A stretch of 64,000 nt of DNA from Phoronis australis (Eukaryota > Animalia > Phoronida): assembly GCA_002633005.1 (NCBI GenBank), contig NMRA01000631.1:64256-128255 (forward strand), written 5' to 3'. This document shows, in pieces, positions 54,673 through 64,000 of this stretch (the stretch's first letter is position 1; each line of letters opens with the position of its first letter). The position numbers and the translations under genes are program-made. The notes beneath the pieces were generated by a model. That model was not told where the DNA came from. It saw only the letters and a list, made by a program, of their open reading frames with translations, and made no database searches.

Positions 54673-57600
54673 ATGGCCTGGCGTTACTCTGGACGTCAGA
54701 TCTGGAAGCTGTGTCGTCGATGTAATCTCAATGCGCAGCAAAAATTCACAGTTTCCTCTGTTCAACTACAGGTGAGCCAAAGTGCTAACCATTTGAAAGT
54801 TGAAACAGACAGTGAGACACTTCACACATTTGCATTTTCGAGTGTCTACTTTCAGTCTTCTGATTTGACATGGACTGAGATGACTCTGTGAGTCTCGACT
54901 CCTCCCGTCCCAATCTTGATTAGTAGAAGATGAAGTAAGCTTATCTTTAGTTTACCGAGCTTAGCCACAGGCTAGCCTTGGTGCAAAGACAAAGCTGTAC
55001 ACTGATGATGGTTATCGTTATACAGCTTGCTCAACAGGCATTAGACAGTGTAAGTGATCACCGTCTCTGCAGGCAACCCTGTAAGCTTGTAGAGACGGTG
55101 GAGCTCCTATAGGCACTTCCTATGCCGGAAGCTTTTCGGTTAATTATGCCTTGCAGTGGCTAAAACGTCAATGTTACGTTGTTATAAATACCTTTTGTGC
55201 ATAGAGGGACACCTTAGTAGGCCGTCGATGTATTGACACCACAGTGGCGACTTCGTAGCAACTTTGGATGTTTCTGAGGTCGACAGGCACAATTTGAGGT
55301 CGTTTTGGCAATCTGCAGGTCACCAAATTGAGCAATGCGGTATGTCATGTCCAAAACTCGAAATTCACACTACCTCACTATGGCCAGTGAAGCTGGTTCA
55401 GACAGCAACATGTCAGTTTTTACAGAATTCCACTCCTACCCAAGTCAACTGATACCCCCATCAATTTATGTGTTCCAAGCTTATTTAATTTTGTAAAGCA
55501 ATAACCAAAATCCAAACAAATGTGTCATATTTATGTAAATAGGCAATACGTCGCTTGTGGATGCCATGGGCACAAAGGCAATGACGTAATGAAACTGGTT
55601 TTGACAATCAATTTATTTCTGATTGATATAAAAGAAAGTATGCAAAACAATAGGTATGAAAACAGTTGCTTGTGAATAAAAGATTAGGTATGAATAAGTA
55701 AATTGGCAAAACTGCAGTTATCTCCCTTTCATTTTTTCCTAAATGTGCAAATTATAGGTTACTTTACAAAAATATTGTAAATTTTGTCTCCACACGTACA
55801 CCACACTTACAGCACTTTGAGGTCATGAACACACAGTTACACATCATTGGTTATGTACTTCCTGAGCAATTGGGAAACCCATTTCAGACACCCTCTTGTT
55901 GAAATTCTAGGTATTAGGGCCTGGAATGACCCGACAGACCAATTACAAAAAAGAGGAAAATTTTCCATGTGAAGTACCGGTTGTGTGATAGCAGTATCTT
56001 TTTGTATTGTGAAATTTAACTGAAATAAATGTTTTTGCATGAATAAAGTCAAAATAATGATAAAAAGTGACCAAAAAGAGGAAACTGGAAATCAAGTGAG
56101 AGGAAATCGAAACTGAAAAAGAGGAAATTAATCCTCTTAAAAGAGGAAAATTCCAAGCCCTGTGACACTGTGGTTTTGCATTAGCCAGAAGTGGCTAAGT
56201 TAATAATTTCCTTCGTAAGTAAAGAAACCTGTCAAAAATAATTTACGATTACTGAAGAATCTGCGATAATTTGAAGGATTAAAACACATGGACGGCCTTC
56301 ACCTTTGGAAAGGTAGTTATAGCAATGTGATGGTTTAGCCAGAACGAGGGGTAATTTGCTGAAATGCTCCTACATGAGGCCTGTGACATGGCCACTGTCT
56401 CTACTGATATGCAAATAACAAGGTGAGTTGTCAGGGCTCAACATTAACTTTTTAAGCCACTTCGGGCAAGTAGTTGAAATTTTTACTTGCTCGAACAACG
56501 AATTCACTTGCCCCAAGTACAATCCCAAATAGCACCGTGCATGTGCACACCTAGGTAATATGTTACCGTAGGGCTGCCTGTGCTGAGCCTCCTCTTGTGT
56601 TGTGCACGCTATATACATGAGGTGCTATTTTTTAACGATTCTATTTATACTAGTAAGGTGTGTCAAAACACTAGAGACAAATTAGAAGAGTAACTATGGT
56701 ATCTGAACCATTGTCACACGTTCACAGGCGCCGAAATGAGCTAGAGCATGAACTCTAGACACTTCTGTGTATTCATTAGTTTATACGCCCTCATGCATTA
56801 AACTTGAGTTGGGGTTGCTAACCTGAATTTCAATTTTTGCTATCCGTAAAAATCTTGCAGTTTTGGTCATCGGTACCTTGTATTAAATTAAAATCCAATT
56901 TTAATATATAATAATGCCACATATACTTTTATTTTTTAAATAAATATTTACATTTTTGAAAAATAGATAGACCGCGAAAAAGTCACCCTTCAGACTTCAG
57001 AGCGGCAATCCCGAAGACCGTATTCCTCTTCTTTCGGGAGTCGCCACCGGGAGCTGGGAATTCATAAGAATGTCCTTTGGAATTCCCCTGAATAAATACC
57101 AGGCCTTTTAAACTGCTGTGTAGTGTAGAAAATATGTCGTCAATCATTCACTTTTTAGCTTTTGCGCTTATCTGTATGACTTACATCCGCTGACGAACGC
57201 AGTGCTTCCAGCTGTACATGGGTAAACGCTGGCAAAAATCAAACGTCATCCCTTGTTCACTGTCTCGCAGGCCAGAAGACCTAATTTCCCATGACGGAAC
57301 CCATCCCCGCACTCTTTTCGTTTCATATTATTGCTTTGATTCTTCCTGAACTCGTTTTTTAGCAAGTAAACCAATGCCGTCCAGGCCTGTTTAGTTGTTT
57401 TGCCAGAGTGCAGACGATCAGTAGTATCACGTGACAACTTATTCAGAAACTGCAGGGCACTTTTAGAGAATCGAAAGGATTTGACCGCGAGCGTCATATG
57501 TGCACGCTGCATCACACTCGTTTTATTTTCCTTTCGGTGCTCATTCGAAGACGGGAGTTTCTTTGACGGCCACAGGGACTTTTTCGACGGTTTTTAGGCT

Positions 57601-60600
57601 TGTGTCGGGGTTCGTTACTTTGGAGCAAATGTCGAGCAGACAATCTTAGGATCTACTTGCCTATGCGGCTAGCTTTTTAACTTGCCCATCGGGCAAGTAC
57701 TTTTCAAATTCAACTTGCCCGACGCAAAATCTACATGTACACGGACAATCGGGCAACCGTTAGTGTTGAGCCCTGGTTGTACAGATCTTTTCATTTCCTG
57801 TAGTTTTATTTCCAAGTGGAGATGCTATTAATTTTTTTAAGTGTTCGTTATCTACCAGCAAGCATGGCTATCTTTAAACAAGTTTCAACTATTGATCATA
57901 TTTTTCTTGCAGAGTATGAGCACTTCACCGCAAGATCTAGAAAAGATTTTTGGTGACAAACCACAGTTTCCAGGCTCGCGGTCGTCGTGGACAACTGAGT
58001 TGGAGTTCCTTGTTCCAGAACAGTATCCTGGGATTCCTGTTTATCGGTTAACAGATCGTGATGGGAACATAATTAATGAAAAGGAAGACCCGAAGGTGTG
58101 ATGTCCATTGGAAGTTATTAAGTAGCAATTTCTGAGAGCAGTCCCACAGTTGGTTCTACATCGACCGTCACAGATTTTCCTGAAACTTTATGGTGGCTTG
58201 GTCTACCCCTAGATATGCACTAAGTCACCTTTGATTTTCTGGCACAAGCCTCGTTTTTGTCTTTGTGCTGATCTTGCAAAAATGACTTTTTGGACACTTA
58301 TTTCAGCAAAAAAGCCGTCAACTTTGCAAGACTATTGACAGATCTTAATAATTAGGAACATTTTTTTTTGTCTGTGAAAGTATTTTACCTTAAGATCCAG
58401 AAACATGTTTGATGTTTAGGATAAACAGTTTAGCATTTAAGTATTGTCTTCTCAACAATTCTGAATTTTTGCGAATTTTCAAACGGATGATTTTGGCCAC
58501 TTTCACCAAAAAAGCGAACAAAGGATATAGCATGTGTGAATATGAAGCCAATGTGATTTTTTGTGTTAATTTAGTACATGGCCACTTAGTGGTTAACATG
58601 TACCTTTATTGGTTCCACTTTGGACTATTTGGCTACTCAGATACATTGATTTCATTGAGTGCCTTGTTACTCTTGTAATCTCTGTCAAGACAGTTGTTTT
58701 GATATAAGACACGTTTCATTTTACATCAATGTTAATTATTTGCTATTACAGACCCCTTCCCTCTGTTACCTCTTGGCTCCTTCACTGCCATCATCACCAC
58801 TACCACCACCATAACCACCACCACCATCACCATCACCCATCTCGGACACCATCACATTTAAAGCTTTAGCTGTTTTTATACACCCACATATTTGTGGGTG
58901 TATATTGCCATCGTCTCTTTTCAGGTATCCTGCGTCGGACATCTCCTGCTGTATCTCTTAAATGGCTTGAAGGATTTTAATGAGATTTGGCTAATGTGTT
59001 CCTATGAAACTGAAGACAGATGATGATGACTGCGATACCTCTGTGGCCATTAATTTGCAATTTTAATTTATTTTTATGTTTGGTTCTGTATCTTCAGAGT
59101 TCTTTCATGATAGCTTTCTATTAAGGACGCAATATCTTTTCATTTTTATACGCCGTTCTATCAACTAAACCGCTTTAGGGATGATTTTAAAAATTGGCAT
59201 ATATGTTCTTACTGTGAAGAGGGCGACTGACGATGATTTTCCGATGACTTCAACAAGTCTGGCGCCTCCTAGTGGCAGTTTTGTTTGTTTGTTTTTGCGC
59301 CCATAGCTGTATCTCCTAAACCCTCACAAGATCTTAATGAGATTTAGCAGATGTGTTCCCATGAAGCTGACGACAAATGACAACGAATTTCAGACTTCTC
59401 AAAGTACTGTTGTGCCCCCTAGTGCCAATTTTATTTTTTTTTGCGCATATCTCTGTAGATTTGGAGGTCCTCGACGGATTTTCATAAAATGTGGCAGTTA
59501 GGCATCTATTAGTGAGATGATGCCATCCTCCTGTTTTAGGACGGATTCCGGGTACTTAGCGCAACGTAGTGGCCATTTTTACTGTATTCGAGTCTGTTTT
59601 TTTGGCGTCCGCCATTCTATCAACCAAACCGCTCAAGGGATGATTTTGAAAATTGGCATATATGTTCTTACTATGAAGAGGGCGGCTGACGATGTTCAGA
59701 TGACTTAGACTACTATGGCGCCTTCAAGTGGCAGTTTTGTTTGTTCTTGCGCCTATGGCTGTGTCTCCTAAATGCTCTACAGGATCTTTATTGAATTTTG
59801 CTGGTGTATTTATATGAAGTTGACAACAGAGGATGACGACTTTCGGACGGATTGGGGCACCAGTGTGCCCCCTAGTGGCAATTTTATTTTTTTATGTTTA
59901 CCTCTGTATCTTTAAAGGTTGTCAATGGATTTTCATAAAATTTAGCAGTTAGACATCTATTAGTGAGGTGATGCTATCATCCGGTTTTTGGTAAAATTCG
60001 AGGCATTTTGCGCCACCTTGTGGCCATTTTTACTGTTTTCAAGTCTTGTTATTTGGCATCTTCTCCTCTCTCAACCAAACCACTCTAAGGATGGTTGTAG
60101 AAATTGGCATTTATGTTCCTAATGTGAAGAGGAAGTCTTACGATGATTTTTCGACAACTTTATCTACTTTGGCACCTCTTAGTGGCAGTTGTGTTTTTTG
60201 CGCTTATAGCTTCTTAGTGACAATCGGACTACTGCTTTGCCCCTCCCATTTGTATCTTTGCAATTCGTTGATAGATTTTCATGGAATTTGGAATTCTATT
60301 TGTGGACGACAACACCTTTTCCATTTTTGGACGAGTTTGAAATATTCTGCACACACTAGCGGCCATTTTTATAATGCTAACAAACAACCCCGGAAGAATG
60401 TTGTTTGCTGTGCAGTCATGGGGGACTTCCAATGCTCTCCATTGCTCTTGTTTATTCTGTCTGATCTCTTTTACCCTGAGCACCTTCTGTTTGACCTTTC
60501 AGTTTGTAATTAAAAGGATCAGCCCACTACTTGAGATATCACACTCTCACATCTTTACCTTAATCGCATCCTTGAAACTATACATTGTTAGGCATTGTAC

Positions 60601-63600
60601 TAATGATAAATTATTTCTCAGCTTAGCAAGGAAGAATGTCTCAAGATGTACAAAACTATGACATCACTAAACAAGTTCGACAGAGTCATGTACGATGCAC
60701 AGCGTCAAGGTCGAATCTCATTTTTTATGACTTCCTTTGGTGAAGAAGCCACCCACGTTGGCTCTGCTGCCGCGCTCAACCCCAAGGATCTGGTCTTCGG
60801 ACAGTACAGAGAAACTGGTATGTTAGAGAGACTATGGCAACAACATATAATTATGCAGAATCATAAAAACTGTGGTGATATTTGGCATCATCTACTTGCA
60901 GTGTTCTTATGAAACCCATGCCTGGTAGAAATTAATTATGTATATATAGGTGCAAGAGTGCAGTAATAGCATTTTTAAAGCCATGTTTTGTACTGTTGTA
61001 CTATAGGTAATTCTTCTTTAATTTGTTTTTTAATGCACTTGTATTGTAGGATGTCAATGTTGTATTAAACTAGTCTTGTTTAATGACATTTCTTTGTTAC
61101 TGTATGCTTATAGAGGCATACCGTGTTCCCTTTCAGGCATCCCAAAATCGCTTAGTAATACATACTTTAAACATACCAATGTTGTGTAGTTTAACAATTC
61201 AAAAGGGATACCTAATAGCCTGCTTCAACCATAGTATGCTGGTGGAAATCTAACATGTCTTCAGAACTTGGTTTGTCATCTGATAGATGCAAAATCGAAA
61301 TGAAACAACTCTACAATGAATCTGCACGTATGTCCCAAATTGTCATACTAGGTGTGTGCTCTGAAGTGAGTGTGTGTAATACTGCTTTAGTGCTGTGATT
61401 AAATGATGATATTGTTCACTCAAGGTTGAATATTAGTATTTCACCATTTCTTGTAAAGCACCTGTTGGGGAGTCTTAAGTACATTGCTATTCGAATGCAA
61501 AGTTGAAAACGATTCAAACATGTAGTCTCACTCAGTACAAAATACAAAGAACATGGTAAGCATTTTTTCAGTCTTTTGTAAACAATAACATGATAAATGT
61601 CTTACGTGGGATAAGCCAGAATTCCACATAAAAATACTGCAGATTAGAAATCGACCACCAAGGGGCCGTGGTGGTAACAAAATTATGCCAGCCCAAACTT
61701 GACCCCAATTACAGTGGTTGTTTTCGTCAATCTTGAGCAACTTTTTGTTATTCTTGTCTTATTATGTGTTACGTCAAGTTGTTGTAACTTGACCGGTCAG
61801 TGTTGTGTTGCAGGTGTATTATTCTACAGGGGCTTTCCACTCAGCAGTGCCATGCACCAGTGTTATGGCAATAACTTGGATGGGGGCAAGGGGAAACAGA
61901 TGCCTGTCCACTACGGCTCCCCAGAACTTCACTATGTCACTATCTCCTCTACACTGGCTACACAAATGCCTCAGGGTAGGAGTTAATGTATTAAAGTTGG
62001 AAGTTGCATGGTAATTCTTTAGTTTGTGTCTTACACGCCATACGTTGGTCCCATTACATCACCTGTTGTTGAGTCTGAAAACATCTCTGTCCATACCGGT
62101 GTGATGTGACCAACAGATGGTGTGTAAGGGACTATTGATTTTTACACGTGCCATATCAATGCATTGATATATACCAGCACGTTTATTTAACAACACGTTT
62201 ATAATTTGTTGTGTTACTTTCCACAAGAATAATTGCTCTATCAAATAATCAAATCGATGTGACAAACATGTGGTGTGTAAGAGACTAATAATTCGAGGCA
62301 CTGATATGTAACAGCACATTCATAATTTATTGGTTATTTGACACAAGAGCTATAAACAAATATAGAGTTCAATTTATTTAACGTTTGTTCACTACTTGCA
62401 TGAATTCACCATTGCCTTTTTGGTTGAAAATGAGGTGTTGTGTCCTAACTATTTTTGGGTTCTGCGTGTTTGGAACACGCTCACTTTCACTTTTGCATTC
62501 TTAAAATTGATGATAAAATGAGGCATTGTGTCCAAAATAACGATGCGCAACAATCTTTTTTGCAGCACCACCAAATTGCACAAGTAGTAAATATTTGTTG
62601 AAAAATTCCACTTGTGGGCCATAGTGTGTGCCAGAATGCTGGCACAATACTCAGTTTATAACATGGACACAAACTGTATGTCATTGTCTGTCACAAGATG
62701 GATGTGAAGAACACAGCTATTTTGAAAAAAAAAATCGAAAATCACAGTGATTCTCAAGAGGTGTTTTTGTCAGAAACAAATCTTGTTTTGACTTTATGAG
62801 ATTCTATTAGCTTGTGAAAAGTTGCTGCCAACATACACAAGTTTAAAATAAATGGAATAAGGATTCGTAAATTTAAAGCAAATAAACAAATTAATGAGAT
62901 GGGTGGTTCTTGCCTTGATTTGCTTACATTAATAAAAAATCACTGAGTCTTGAACAGACATCTTGAGTTGGTATAAAAATCACTGAGCCATTAACAGACA
63001 TCTTGAGTTGATATATAAAGCACTGAGCCATGAGTAGATACCTTGAGTTGCTATAAAAAACACTGAGTCATGAACAGACATCTTGAGTTGGTATAAAATA
63101 AACACGTTTACCTAACTGCCACTTTTCAGTGCTGAACAGAGAAGACAAAGTGACTGGGTACACAATCACGAATGTACCCCTTATGGTGTACACATTTGAG
63201 AAAATATCCCCTCTGGTGTACACAATCAAGAAAATACCCCCTCTGGTATACACAATTCACAACTCTTTGTTTTGAGTTTCCCCTAAGTTGAAATTAACAT
63301 TTGTCTGTACTAGGGTTTAGACTGTCTTTCATTCGTTCATTTAATAATGACGGTCCACAAATTAATACTCTGCTATACAACACAATACATCATAGTAAGA
63401 AATTCATACTTTCAGACAGATAAGATATGGTAGAAGTACAAAATGAATTAAAATCATGGATAATTTATGTAAAAAAAGTTATTGCCATTGTGGTCTGCGA
63501 AAATTATTTGTGCCTTTTCTTTGAATATATTATTCAGATAAGCAAAGTTTATGAACTGTAAATTTATTGTGTAAAACTTCAAAATCTCACACATTAAATA

Positions 63601-63822
63601 TTCCCCATTTCTACTGTGCTGTAAAAAAACCTAACTTTTAGCCATGTCTTACTAATAGTGATCATTATACATTGCAGCCAGCGGAGCAGCTTTTGCATAC
63701 AAACGTGCCCAGAACGGGCTTTGTGTGATCTGTTACTTTGGTGACGGTGCTGCCTCGGAGGGCGATGCCCACGCTGCATTCAACTTTGCTGCCACTCTCG
63801 ACTGTCCCATCATCTTTTTCTG
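54673..63822 (+). CDS. BCKDHA: 2-oxoisovalerate dehydrogenase E1 alpha subunit, mitochondrial; 5' part, continues past right edge
   Basis: Exons 54673-54771 (Arg-rich transit peptide), 57913-58095 ([10 protein letters not shown]...GIPVYRL), 60622-60817 ([27 protein letters not shown]...QYRETG), 61814-61975 ([12 protein letters not shown]...[12 protein letters not shown]), 63678-63822 ([24 protein letters not shown]-binding motif). Confidence 0.96.
55042..55235. mobile_element. Partial copy of the 14841-15182 MITE family
   Basis: Reverse-complement similarity to 15007-15182 (GGAGCTCCTA..ATGCCGGAAGCTTTT..GTTATAAATACCTTTTG..ATAGAGGGACACCTTAG). Confidence 0.6.
55915..56162. mobile_element. hAT-like MITE
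   Basis: TAGGGCCTGGAAT / ATTCCAAGCCCTG TIRs with multiple subterminal AAAGAGGAAA motifs; no clear TSD. Confidence 0.55.
56432..57775 (-). mobile_element. hAT5-like DNA transposon derivative with 5-bp TSD
   Basis: TIR CAGGGCTCAACATTAAC / GTTAGTGTTGAGCCCTG, flanked by GTTGT on both sides. Subterminal ACTTGCCC repeats. Degraded minus-strand coding relic (..[12 protein letters not shown]...STAFVSGCK). Confidence 0.75.
58876..60452 (+). mobile_element. Diverged HINE-like copy with central monomer array
   Basis: 5' palindrome ATACACCCACATATTTGTGGGTGTAT, monomers homologous to 41600-43040, and 3' end ATTGCTCTTGTT. Confidence 0.75.
62935..63100. repeat. ~41-bp minisatellite (4 copies); a separate 31-bp repeat at about 63155-63255
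   Basis: Unit approximately AAAAATCACTGAGTCATGAACAGACATCTTGAGTTGGTATA. Confidence 0.85.
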
Positions 63823-64000
63823 GTAAATTGCCTGTCCATGTTTTTCGTGTTGTCTGTTGGCCCATTGCTTGCTGTTAATTGTTGTGTGATGTTTCACTCT
63901 GTTTTAACTTATTTTAACAAGATGAAAATAAAATTTGATATTAAAAGTTAGAATTATATTTAAAGAAGTTGACTATTTTAAGTTTTGGCTTGATTTTGAG

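Noticed and set aside
60046-60513. 155-aa ORF
   Set aside because: Lies in the HINE array within a BCKDHA intron; no protein-like motifs.

Overview
AT-rich, intron-rich animal genomic DNA from a draft assembly (N gaps, haplotype duplications). It is probably an invertebrate bilaterian, possibly a deuterostome; that assignment is inference. By hand-splicing GT-AG exons I reconstruct four conserved genes: RIOX1/NO66 (minus strand, 10 exons in window, 3' end beyond the left edge), RTF1 (minus, complete, 17 exons, about 666 aa), ZFYVE1/DFCP1 (plus, complete, 11 exons, about 899 aa, head-to-head with RTF1) and BCKDHA (plus, 5 exons, runs off the right edge). RIOX1 intron 7 hosts an intronless antisense ORF with a permuted papain-fold (PPPDE/LRAT-like) His...Cys signature and a C-terminal membrane anchor. 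A possible 81-aa three-exon orphan gene lies divergent to BCKDHA. The most striking non-coding signal is a Helentron/DINE-1-like (HINE) element family with 5 copies or fragments. Its central ~145-150 bp tandem monomers each carry a co-oriented CTCF-consensus motif, and the copies are arranged convergently around the RTF1/ZFYVE1 promoter. Kolobok-like (TTAA, THAP relic), hAT5-like, Penelope, SINE and MITE relics and many minisatellites fill the introns.
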